This document shows positions 49,860 to 58,249 of a stretch of DNA of 64,000 bases, piece after piece. A model generated the notes under the pieces. The model made no database searches. It saw nothing but the letters and a program-made list of their open reading frames with translations, and was not told where the DNA came from. The stretch spans positions 191,149 to 255,148 of the forward strand of contig CALCDZ010000003.1 in the NCBI GenBank assembly GCA_937900255.1. Reading direction: 5' to 3'. The stretch is from an uncultured bacterium. GTDB taxonomy: Bacteria; Patescibacteriota; Patescibacteriia; SG8-24; DYFX01. Position 1 is the first letter of the stretch. Each line of letters begins with the position of its first letter. A program made the translations under genes and the position numbers.

Positions 49860-50120
49860 TCAAGAAAATCCTTCTCTCGCTCGTGTACGCGGTCCTGCTG
49901 CTGGACGTCGTGATGGCGGCATCCGTCATCTATATGACGCATCTTCCGGGAAGGCGGTCGCCGGCCGCTCCGCTGCCCTCGCATCTGCAAGTTCAAGACC
50001 GCCCAGTCGCACCGGTTGTCGCACCACATCGCGACCCAGCACGGCGGAAAGTTGCCCGGGCAGAAGGTCCGGGAGTTCCGCGGCGACCGCGCCAAGCCCC
50101 GCAAGAGCAAGAAGGGGTAG
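49856..50120 (+). pseudogene. TM peptide plus out-of-frame C2H2 zinc finger (frameshifted or chimeric ORF)
   Basis: ATG 49856 frame gives a TM; the +1 frame 49938-50120 reads CPRICKFKTAQSHRLSHHIATQH...SKKG* with GC3-rich codons. Confidence 0.45.
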
Positions 50121-50268
50121 CAGGGGGATCCGCACTCGTCCCCCGAGTCAGCCATCACGCGTTCGCGCGGCAATGAGCGAGCTTCGCTCCATGCCGGACG
50201 GGCGCGATTTTTATATTAACGTACGGATAAGAAGAAGGCCTGTGGTCATGGAACGATTCATTCCGGGC

Positions 50269-50294
50269 GTGCTCCCGCTGCTGGATTCGAACCA
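50269..50294 (-). other. tRNA 3'-half remnant (T-arm/acceptor-like)
   Basis: Minus strand tggttcgaatccagcagcgggagcac; no D-arm or anticodon arm recognisable. Confidence 0.45.
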
Positions 50295-50453
50295 CCTCGG
50301 ACGCTCAGGAGCCTCTTTTGCCCAGTCCATGTCATGAAATATTGACAAAATCGCCCTTTTATGATTTCATTCGCATATCGCACCTTTGAGGCGAGGCCCA
50401 GGTCCTGCCATCCTGGCAGGGAAGAGGAAGCGCCCACAATCGAGGAGAATGTC

Positions 50454-51047
50454 ATGTCGAAGAACAAGGAAATCGGCCAGTTCATCAGCGTGTCGGGCGT
50501 CGCCACCGACATCGCGCACAAGCTGGCCCAGGCCGTGGCCGAGCGCGGCGGCGATCTCGATGACCTGCGCCGGATCATCTCCGACGCCTCGCTCTGCGGG
50601 GAGCTGGCCGACCGTCTCGTCCGCCGTGATGGCATCAGCCTCTCCGCGATGATCGCCGCGTGCCGGTTCCGGTACGTCCACCCGAACATCACCGAGGCGA
50701 ACCTCCCGATCACCGGCCCGGTCGCGGACGTGGCGGACATGCTCACCCTCACCCAGAAGGATCTGGGCGGCCGGGGCATGACCACCGCCGAGATCGAGGC
50801 GGTCATCGACCAGAAGGGCTACCGTCTCGCCACCCTCGCCGAGCTGCTGGCCTACGGCAAGGCGAAGTGGAACGGCATGGACCGGGGGGTCGCGGCTCTC
50901 GGTTCCTCCTGGGTGGACCCCGGCGGCGACCGCTGCGTTCCGTGCCTCTACAGTAACCGCGATGGTCGCGGGCTGACCCTGCGCTGGGGCGGCCCCGAGT
51001 ACTGCTGTTTCGAGGAGCACTACCTGTTCCTCGTCGTTCGCAAGTAG
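50454..51047 (+). CDS. putative DGR target (variable) protein, CLec-like C-terminus
   Basis: ATLAELLA..ALGSSW..VPxL..RxLxLxW..FLVVRK layout; NNC/NNT codons at the variable positions; TTGACA promoter and GAGGAG SD. Confidence 0.7.
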   Translation: MSKNKEIGQFISVSGVATDIAHKLAQAVAERGGDLDDLRRIISDASLCGELADRLVRRDGISLSAMIAACRFRYVHPNITEANLPITGPVADVADMLTLTQKDLGGRGMTTAEIEAVIDQKGYRLATLAELLAYGKAKWNGMDRGVAALGSSWVDPGGDRCVPCLYSNRDGRGLTLRWGGPEYCCFEEHYLFLVVRK

Positions 51048-51100
51048 CCCTTGGGCTCTTGCACCCTGTGTCCTTGGCATTGCCCTCGGACCCTTTGTCC
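51048..51100 (+). repeat. degenerate ~8-nt tandem repeats (CCCTTGGN-like)
   Basis: cccttggg|ctcttgca|ccctgtgt|ccttggca|ttg|ccctcgga|ccctttgt. Confidence 0.55.
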
Positions 51101-51135
51101 CCGCGCGAACCATGTTCGCGCGGTCTGTTTTTTTG
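51101..51135 (+). terminator. perfect GC-rich hairpin (terminator and/or DGR cis-acting stem-loop)
   Basis: ccgcgcgaac-cat-gttcgcgcgg followed by tctgttttttt. Confidence 0.7.
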
Positions 51136-51264
51136 AGTGACCGCCCGCTTCAAATATCGTGTTGCGCTTAGGCTCTTGAATTTCCTTGAAAATAAGAAGA
51201 CCCGGCAAATGGCCGGGTCTTCCTCGGTGCCACCCCTCCCGGTCTCTCGAAAGGGCGCTTGGCA

Positions 51265-51338
51265 TGGCTCGGGGGCTTGGGCTCGAACCAAGATTCACGG
51301 CTTCAAAGGCCGCTGTCCTACCATTGGACGACCCCCGA
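51265..51338 (-). tRNA. tRNA-Gln(UUG)
   Basis: tcggggg-tcgtccaatggtaggac..gcggc-ctttgaa-gccgt..ggttcgagccc..gcca. Confidence 0.95.
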
Positions 51339-51396
51339 ACGCATGGAAAGGATAGCCGGAAACCGGATTTCGGTCAAAAGTGGTATCATGACGTGC

Positions 51397-52533
51397 ATGC
51401 AGGGCATGAGTATCTTTTTGAAGGCGCGTAACGGGATCATCGGCTTCCTCTATAAGCGCGTCCTGAAACGCGCGCTTTTCAGGCTCGATCCGGAGCGGGT
51501 CCATGACAGCGCCGTGATGGTCGGGAGCTTCCTGGGGAGACGTGCCCTCTTTCGTGTCTTGACGCGTGTCTTGTTCGGCTACTCCCATCCTTCGCTCGCG
51601 CAGACGGTCGCCGGCATCCGGTTCGAGAATCCGGTCGGGCTGGCGGCGGGTTTCGACAAGAACGCGCAGCTGACGTCGATCCTGCCCGCTGTCGGGTTCG
51701 GATACGAGGAAATAGGTTCGGTGACCGGTGAACCGTGCGCGGGGAACAGGGGGAGGCATCTTTGGCGCCTGCCGAAGTCCCAAGGGCTCGTCGTCTACTA
51801 CGGTCTCAAGAACGACGGCTGCGAGGCGATCTCCCAACGGATGGAGAAGCGCGATCTCCGTTTCCCGGTCGGCATCAGCATCGCCAAGACCAACGACGCG
51901 AAAACGGTCGAAGAGGCAGCGGGCATCCGCGATTACGTCAAGGCGTACCTGGCTTTCAGGAACAAGGGAATCGGGGATTATTTCACCGTCAACATCAGCT
52001 GTCCGAACGCCTTCGGTGGCGAACCGTTCACCGACCCGGACAAGCTCGAACGCCTGCTCTCGGCCATTCGGCGCGAGGATCCCGCGCCGGGCAAACCGAT
52101 CTTCCTCAAGCTGCCGGCCGAGCTTCCCTCGGCGACGATCGACCGTATCGTCGAGGTCTCGCGGAGACATGCCGTGACCGGTTTCGTCTGTACGAACCTC
52201 GCAAAAGACCGATCGAATCCGGCTATCAAGGAAGCGGATGTTCCGGATGTCGGCGGCATCAGCGGCAAGGTCGTGCAAGGCTTGTCCGACGACCTGATCT
52301 CCTACCTTTTCAGGAAGCATGGCCGCGAGTTCGTGCTCGTCGGCTGCGGCGGCATCTTCACGGCCGAGGACGCCTACGCCAAGATCAAGAAAGGCGCGAT
52401 GCTCCTGCAGCTGATCACCGGCATGATCTATGAAGGGCCGCAGGCGATTTCAAGCATCAATGCCGGGTTGGTCGAGCTGCTCAAGAAGGATGGTTATGCT
52501 TATCTTTCACAGGCGATCGGGACGGAGGCGTGA
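51397..52533 (+). CDS. pyrD: dihydroorotate dehydrogenase, class 2 (quinone-type)
   Basis: DPERVHD, NPVGLAAGFDKN, VNISCPN, GGISG, GCGGI, QLITGMIYEGP. Confidence 0.92.
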   Translation: MQGMSIFLKARNGIIGFLYKRVLKRALFRLDPERVHDSAVMVGSFLGRRALFRVLTRVLFGYSHPSLAQTVAGIRFENPVGLAAGFDKNAQLTSILPAVGFGYEEIGSVTGEPCAGNRGRHLWRLPKSQGLVVYYGLKNDGCEAISQRMEKRDLRFPVGISIAKTNDAKTVEEAAGIRDYVKAYLAFRNKGIGDYFTVNISCPNAFGGEPFTDPDKLERLLSAIRREDPAPGKPIFLKLPAELPSATIDRIVEVSRRHAVTGFVCTNLAKDRSNPAIKEADVPDVGGISGKVVQGLSDDLISYLFRKHGREFVLVGCGGIFTAEDAYAKIKKGAMLLQLITGMIYEGPQAISSINAGLVELLKKDGYAYLSQAIGTEA

Positions 52534-52556
52534 TCGGTCTTGAGGCGTTCACGGCA

Positions 52557-52585
52557 TTGATATTTCAGGGTTTTTATGCTATCTT
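52557..52585 (+). promoter_or_regulatory. sigma70 promoter
   Basis: TTGATA-17bp-TATCTT with extended TG. Confidence 0.65.
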
Positions 52586-52702
52586 TCCACGTCCGAGAAG
52601 CGTCATCCTTCTCGGCATTTACGCTCGTTTCCATCAAGATGACGCCGTGACTGGCGGTTCCAGTCCTACCTCACCATGCACAAGGCATGATCGGAGGATT
52701 CC

Positions 52703-53920
52703 TTGTCCTACAGCATTTTCACCCGTTCCCACGACGTGTTCCTCAGCGAGATCGCTGCTCTCACGGCCATGGCCGAGCGCGGCGAGCTGACCAAGGAGGG
52801 GCTCTCTGCGGCGGTCGACCGATATTACGACGACGGCGATTACATCGACCGCTCGATCGGCACAATCTGGATCACCGATCACCCGGAGCTGTTCGCCCGG
52901 GTGGTGCCGGAGGGGGAGCGCCTGACGTTCCTGAGGGCGCACCTGGACCGCGCGCACTGCGCGGAACTCCTCATCTGCTACCCGAAGGTGCTCGAGACGC
53001 TCCCGCTGCCCCAGCGCTCCACGTACGTCTTCGAGGCGTACGGCCGGTGCGGCGCGCGCAACGGCAGCTGGGTCGCGGCGGCGCTGGAGGCCGAGGTCCC
53101 CAAAGGGGAACTGGTGCTCGCCCTGATGTACCGACTGGAGACGGCGGCGCCTTCTAAGGGCCGGAGTTCGTATAGCGCCTTCCGCGACTTCCTGCACTGC
53201 GGGAATGACTCGTTGAGCGGACAGTCCCTCTGGGGTATTTGCACCACGGAGGAATTCCACTCGCTGGTCATGATCTGTGCGGTGAAGGATCCGGTCAGCG
53301 TCTTCGAGTTCTGGCAGAAGCTTCGGGGGAAGCTGTCGGCCGAGACGGTCAGTGCCATCCTCGCCGTCGCCGCTCCGTGCCTAGAGCACTGTCCCGATGC
53401 GGTCGATGGGGTGATGCAGCTGCCGCCGAAGGCCCGAGAGGACTTCCTGCGTCGGCTGACGCCGGACCGGTACCAGGACAGCTACATGCGGCTCCTCGTG
53501 CAGGTCGTGGTCGCGGCCGACGACTCCAAGGCGCTGTTCACGGAACTGCGCCAGCTGGGGAGGTTCAACGGCATGGATCCGGTCGATGCCTTCCTGAAGG
53601 CGGCCGCGATCGGAGAGCTCCGTCAGGACCTGCCGGCCGCACGGATGGTCCTCGGCTTCTTCCGGGAACGGTTGGAGGCCGCGGGCTACCGCGTGGCCAA
53701 GCTCAAGCGCCAGCAGTACTACGATCGGAAATCGGGGCAAAACAAGTGGCAGTTGTGCGTCGATGTCGGGCAGCTGCGCTACGTGATGGGACGTGATAGT
53801 CACAGATACTTCCTCAGCGAGGGTGAAGAGGTTCTCTTCCGCCTGCGGGGCGGGGTGCGCCTGACGCCCCAGGTCATCGCGGCGCACTTCATTCCGACCG
53901 CCCCGAACCGGCGTCGCTGA
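52703..53920 (+). CDS. hypothetical protein (largely helical)
   Basis: GGAGG SD plus TTG start; GC3-rich 405-aa ORF; terminator-like hairpin after. Confidence 0.75.
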   Translation: MSYSIFTRSHDVFLSEIAALTAMAERGELTKEGLSAAVDRYYDDGDYIDRSIGTIWITDHPELFARVVPEGERLTFLRAHLDRAHCAELLICYPKVLETLPLPQRSTYVFEAYGRCGARNGSWVAAALEAEVPKGELVLALMYRLETAAPSKGRSSYSAFRDFLHCGNDSLSGQSLWGICTTEEFHSLVMICAVKDPVSVFEFWQKLRGKLSAETVSAILAVAAPCLEHCPDAVDGVMQLPPKAREDFLRRLTPDRYQDSYMRLLVQVVVAADDSKALFTELRQLGRFNGMDPVDAFLKAAAIGELRQDLPAARMVLGFFRERLEAAGYRVAKLKRQQYYDRKSGQNKWQLCVDVGQLRYVMGRDSHRYFLSEGEEVLFRLRGGVRLTPQVIAAHFIPTAPNRRR

Positions 53921-54039
53921 CTGAAGTCCCGGTACGGGTCCGATGCGCCGACGAGGCACTTCTCGCTCGGCGCTCTTTTGATTCTGGCGTTGGTCCATCA
54001 CTTGACGACCATCGCTTTTTTCCGTAAACTGCCTGCGAT

Positions 54040-55509
54040 ATGGCAAACGATTCGGTCGTCCTGCGCTTCAGCGACGTGGTCTTCGACTACGGCGAGAACA
54101 AGCCCATTCTGGATGAGGCGAGCTTCAGCGTGCGCAACGGCTCCAAAGTCGCGCTCATGGGCCAGAACGGCGCCGGTAAGACGTCGCTTTTCAGCCTGAT
54201 CCTGCGCGAGCAGGCGCCTAAGGGCGGCGGCATCTTCACGACGCCCAACGACGCCACGATCGGCATCGCCAAGCAGGTCGTCACGCCGGAGCAGATGGAG
54301 ATGACGGTCCGCGATTATTTCGGCTCGACCTTCGGCGAAGACGTGCCGTACAACCTCGACAAGCGCATCGCCGACGTCCTGGACGCCGTGAACCTCACGA
54401 CCGACATCAAGAAGAAGGTCCGCGAGCACTCCGGCGGCCAGCAGGCGCGCTTGCTCCTGGCCTACTCGCTGATCCAGGACCCGGACATCCTGCTGCTCGA
54501 CGAGCCGACCAACAACCTCGACGCCGCCGGCATCGAGCACCTGACCGGCTTCCTCATGATGTACGACAAGACCGTCATCGTCATCTCGCACGACGCCGAC
54601 TTCCTGAACGCCTTCACCGACGGCGTCCTGTACTTGGACGTACACACCCACAAGGTGGAGCAGTATTCCGGCAACTACATGAACGTGGTCGAGGAGATCG
54701 CGCAGCGCGTCGAGCGGGAGCGCCAGAACAACGCCCGCGCCGAAGCCGAAATCCGGAAGAAGCGCGAGCAGGCCGAAGTCTTCGCCCACAAGGGCGGCAA
54801 GCTCCGTTCGGTCGCCAAGCGCATGCGCGAGGCGGCGGAAGAAGCGGAAGAGAGCATGGTCGATGTCCGCCGGGAGGACCGCACCATCCGCGATTTCGAG
54901 ATCCCCGCGCAGGAGTTCTCCTTCGAGTTCAACGGGCAGATCCTGCAGATCGACAAGATCGGCATCGTCAAGAACGGCGAGCCGGTCGTGAAGGATGCCG
55001 ACCTGACGCTGCGTAAAGGCACGCACATGCTCCTGGCCGGACCGAACGGCATCGGCAAGAGCACGTTCCTGGAAAAGATCGCCACGCTCAAGGCGGAGGG
55101 CGTGACGATCGGCAAGGACGTCCAGGTCGGCTACTATCGCCAGGACTTCGGCATGCTCGACTTCGGTCAGACCGCCTTCGACAGCTTGTGGAACGCCATG
55201 GTCCAGAAGGACGAGCAGCGCCTCCGTTCGATCGCTGCCGGTTTCCTGCTGGACGGCCGCGTGCTCGCCACCACCATCCGAAACCTCTCCGAAGGCCAGA
55301 AGGCCCTGCTGTCCTTCGCCCGCCTGGTGCTGATGCGTCCCGGCCTCCTGATCCTCGACGAACCGACCAATCACATCAACTTCCGCCACTTGCCGATCAT
55401 CGCCAAGGCGCTCGATGAGTACAAGGGAGCGCTGCTCATGGTCAGCCACATCCCGGACTTCGTCTCGCAGATCCGCATCGACTGGACGATCGACTTGGGA
55501 GAACTTTGA
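54040..55509 (+). CDS. ABC-F family ATPase
   Basis: Two NBDs (GQNGAGKT/SGGQ/LDEPTNNLD; GPNGIGKST/LSEGQK/LDEPTNH), no TMs. Confidence 0.93.
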   Translation: MANDSVVLRFSDVVFDYGENKPILDEASFSVRNGSKVALMGQNGAGKTSLFSLILREQAPKGGGIFTTPNDATIGIAKQVVTPEQMEMTVRDYFGSTFGEDVPYNLDKRIADVLDAVNLTTDIKKKVREHSGGQQARLLLAYSLIQDPDILLLDEPTNNLDAAGIEHLTGFLMMYDKTVIVISHDADFLNAFTDGVLYLDVHTHKVEQYSGNYMNVVEEIAQRVERERQNNARAEAEIRKKREQAEVFAHKGGKLRSVAKRMREAAEEAEESMVDVRREDRTIRDFEIPAQEFSFEFNGQILQIDKIGIVKNGEPVVKDADLTLRKGTHMLLAGPNGIGKSTFLEKIATLKAEGVTIGKDVQVGYYRQDFGMLDFGQTAFDSLWNAMVQKDEQRLRSIAAGFLLDGRVLATTIRNLSEGQKALLSFARLVLMRPGLLILDEPTNHINFRHLPIIAKALDEYKGALLMVSHIPDFVSQIRIDWTIDLGEL

Positions 55510-55513
55510 GAAG

Positions 55514-55543
55514 AAAAAGGACGCCTGCGAGGGCGTCTTTTTC
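55514..55543. terminator. bidirectional terminator
   Basis: gaaaaaggacgcc-tgcgag-ggcgtctttttc. Confidence 0.75.
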
Positions 55544-55580
55544 GTCTGCGGCCTCTCGTGCTGCTTCTGGTGGAGATAGG

Positions 55581-56468
55581 CTAAGCCACGATCCACGCGC
55601 CGGCGAGCAGGAGGGCGATGGCGGCGATCTTGCGCGCCAGGAGCCCGCCCCCTTGTTCCTCGCTGATGATGCCGGGCCAGTGGCGCATCGCGAGGGCGGT
55701 GAAGAGCAGCAGGAAGAGCGGTTGCGTGCCGACCAAGGCGTTCACGAGCGTGACGTAGCCGGTCGCGCTCGCGGACAGGAAGAAGATGGTCGTGATCGAC
55801 GTGAGGCCCTCGCTCAGGCCCGTCAACGAGAGGACGATCCGCCCGTGCTTCCTGACGGCGGAGGCGAATGCGCGGTAGCCGGACGCGAGGAAGGGGGCGC
55901 CCACGAAGGACGTGCCGATCTTGCCGTAAGCGAAGATCGTCCACGGGTCCGATTGCGCGAGCGCGTGTTTCGAGGCGATGGCGCCGGCCGAGACCAGGAG
56001 CATCGAAAGCAGCATCCATCCGACGCCCTTGCCGAAACGGAAGCCGCGCAGGCGCTTGAGGGAAGCCAGGAGCGCGCCGAGGACGATGAACAGCACGCCG
56101 GCATATTTGATCGGTGGGAAGATCTCCTGCAGGACCAGCGCCGCGAAGGCGGCCACGACGAGCGGCGAGAGGCTGGCGAGCGGTACGAGCCGCGACACTT
56201 CCCCGAGCTGGATCGCCCGGAAGTAGCAGAACGTGGAGAGGGAGAGGGCGGCCCCGGAGGCGAGCGCGACCAGCAGCTGGACGGGCGGAAGCGCAGGGAC
56301 GCCGAGCCACAGGAGCGCGATGATGCCCGAAAGCATCTCGATCACGCTGAACGCGAAGAACGAGCCCCGGATGTCGGTCATCCAGTTCGCGAGCACGCTC
56401 TTGTCGATCACGCTCACGGCCGCCATCGAGGCGGAAGCCAGGAGCGCATAGAGGACCCAGATGGGCAT
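55581..56468 (-). CDS. EamA/DMT family transporter
   Basis: About 10 TMs in two repeats; EVSRLVPL, LQE...P motif. Confidence 0.85.
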   Translation of the reverse strand: MPIWVLYALLASASMAAVSVIDKSVLANWMTDIRGSFFAFSVIEMLSGIIALLWLGVPALPPVQLLVALASGAALSLSTFCYFRAIQLGEVSRLVPLASLSPLVVAAFAALVLQEIFPPIKYAGVLFIVLGALLASLKRLRGFRFGKGVGWMLLSMLLVSAGAIASKHALAQSDPWTIFAYGKIGTSFVGAPFLASGYRAFASAVRKHGRIVLSLTGLSEGLTSITTIFFLSASATGYVTLVNALVGTQPLFLLLFTALAMRHWPGIISEEQGGGLLARKIAAIALLLAGAWIVA

Positions 56469-56513
56469 ATCACCCTCATTCTACCATGAGCGTGGACGTG
56501 GTATGCTTCCGCC

Positions 56514-56912
56514 ATGACGAACGACAAGATGATCCGCACGGAAGATGAGTGGAAGAAGATCCTGACGCCGGAGGAGTATCATGTCCTGCGCGAGAAGGGG
56601 ACGGAACCGCCGGGTTCGGGCGAGTTGTATCATAATACGGAAAACGGGATGTACGCCTGTCGCGCCTGCGGAGCGGAACTGTTTTCCTCCGGCGCCAAGT
56701 ACGATTCCGGCTCCGGTTGGCCGAGCTTCTGGGAGGCGATCGATCCCGCGAAGATCCTCAAGACGACCGACCGCAGCTTGGGCATGACACGGACGGAAAT
56801 CTCCTGCGCCCGTTGCGGCTCCCATCTCGGCCACGTGTTCGACGACGGGCCCCGCGACAAGACCGGGGAGCGTTTCTGCGTGAATTCGATGTCCTTAAGA
56901 TTCAAGAAATGA
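56514..56912 (+). CDS. msrB: peptide-methionine (R)-S-oxide reductase
   Basis: GTEPP, CxxC, KYDSGSGWPSF, CxxCGSHLGHVF.DGP, RFCVNS. Confidence 0.96.
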   Translation: MTNDKMIRTEDEWKKILTPEEYHVLREKGTEPPGSGELYHNTENGMYACRACGAELFSSGAKYDSGSGWPSFWEAIDPAKILKTTDRSLGMTRTEISCARCGSHLGHVFDDGPRDKTGERFCVNSMSLRFKK

Positions 56913-56919
56913 CGTTCCT

Positions 56920-57231
56920 ATGCATGGGTTCATCACCTTCATCCGCGAGAAAGGCATCGTCGGGCTCGCCGTCGGTTTTCTCATGGGCGGAGCGATCTCC
57001 AAATTGGTGACCGCTTTCGTCGAGGACATCGTCAATCCGCTGATCGGGTTGCTGACCAGCAAGGTCGGCGACCTGTCCCAGGCCTCGTTCAGCATCGGCA
57101 CGGCGAGCGTCAAATGGGGAGGGTTCCTCTCCTCGCTCATCGATTTCACCGTGATCGCCGCGGTCATCTATTTCGGCTTCCGCTGGCTTGGCCTCGAGAA
57201 GCTCGATAAGAAAACTGGGGGTCAGGGCTGA
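56920..57231 (+). CDS. mscL: large-conductance mechanosensitive channel
   Basis: FITFI....IVGLAVGFLMG, LV..FVEDIVNP, WGGFL..LIDF. Confidence 0.85.
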   Translation: MHGFITFIREKGIVGLAVGFLMGGAISKLVTAFVEDIVNPLIGLLTSKVGDLSQASFSIGTASVKWGGFLSSLIDFTVIAAVIYFGFRWLGLEKLDKKTGGQG

Positions 57232-57235
57232 ACCT

Positions 57236-57664
57236 ATGGACGCCAAGAGCTATTTCCGCGCCGCGCTCGGACTGTCGTCGGCAGGCGCGATCTTCTCCGG
57301 GTATCTGAGCGGCGTGAAGCTTTTCAGCGGAAGCTGCGCCTTCAGCGAGCCCTGCCCGTATTTTCTGGGCTATCCGGCCTGCTGGTACGGCTTCGCGATG
57401 TTCCTGGTCCTCTTGGGCTTGGCGTCATCCGGGCGTTTCGGCGGGATGAAGCCTTGGTCATCGGCATGGGGCGTCCTGGCGGTTTCCATGCTCGGAACCG
57501 CCTTTGCCGGATCGTTCATCGTGCAGGAACTGCGCGCCTGGTTCGTCGCCGGACACGCGAACTTTTATGGGTTCGGCCTCCCATCGTGTTTTTACGGCTT
57601 GGTCTTCTACGCCGCCCTGCTCATGCTTTCCGCATCCTTCATCCTTCGTAAAAAAGACTCATAA
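57236..57664 (+). CDS. VKOR-like Cys-containing membrane protein
   Basis: 4 TMs; C-x5-C loop, GYPACWYG and GLPSCFYG internal repeat. Confidence 0.55.
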   Translation: MDAKSYFRAALGLSSAGAIFSGYLSGVKLFSGSCAFSEPCPYFLGYPACWYGFAMFLVLLGLASSGRFGGMKPWSSAWGVLAVSMLGTAFAGSFIVQELRAWFVAGHANFYGFGLPSCFYGLVFYAALLMLSASFILRKKDS

Positions 57665-57673
57665 CCTTTCCCT

Positions 57674-58174
57674 ATGGGTTCCTGGTGCACGGATCGTCTC
57701 GATCGATCGGACAAGAAGTTCCTGGCGGCTTTGCGTATCGCGCTCGGTTGGGTGTTCCTGTATGCAGGCACCTCCCACCTCTTTACCCGCGGCTGGTCGG
57801 CTAAAGGGTATCTGATGGGCGCCAAGACGTTCACGGCCTTTTACCACCTGCTGGCATCCGACGCCCTGCTGCCGGTCGTCAATTTCCTGAATGTCTGGGG
57901 TTTGACGCTGATCGGGATCTCGCTCATCCTCGGCCTGTGCGTGCGGCTGAGTTCCCTGTTCGGCGCCCTCATGATGCTCCTCTATTATTTCCCGGTCCTT
58001 GATTTCCCGAAGATCGGAGCGAACGCGTACCTGGTGGACGAGCATATCGTCTATGCGCTGGCCCTGTTGGCCTTCGCTTCGGCGAAAGCAGGCCGGACAT
58101 GGGGTTTGGATGCCCGCTGCGCGAATCTCGGTGCTGGCGGGAAGTATCGGAAACTTCAGGACTGGATCGGTTGA
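57674..58174 (+). CDS. DoxX family membrane protein
   Basis: LRIALGWVFLYAG, IGISLILG..VR, WGLD. Confidence 0.85.
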   Translation: MGSWCTDRLDRSDKKFLAALRIALGWVFLYAGTSHLFTRGWSAKGYLMGAKTFTAFYHLLASDALLPVVNFLNVWGLTLIGISLILGLCVRLSSLFGALMMLLYYFPVLDFPKIGANAYLVDEHIVYALALLAFASAKAGRTWGLDARCANLGAGGKYRKLQDWIG

Positions 58175-58194
58175 TGGGCCTCGTATGAGGATCC

Positions 58195-58222
58195 GAAAAA
58201 AGCGCCGAAGGGCGCTTTTTTC
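58195..58222. terminator. bidirectional terminator
   Basis: gaaaaaagcgcc-gaag-ggcgcttttttc. Confidence 0.85.
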
Positions 58223-58249
58223 ATCCGGGGAAGGCGCCGAAGACGGCGC

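Noticed and set aside
49856-50176. 106-aa ORF as given in the track
   Set aside because: After the TM, the translation is low-complexity with poor codon bias; the +1 frame carries the coding signal.
51259-51396. N-terminal extension of pyrD in the ORF track
   Set aside because: Overlaps tRNA-Gln on the opposite strand; the true start is more likely 51397 or 51406.
52593-52645. Resemblance to the SAH riboswitch (CCGAG..GCG..CTCGG..CGCTC)
   Set aside because: Lacks the P2 stem and CAGG element, and the downstream gene is not SAH-related; kept only as an unknown structured leader.
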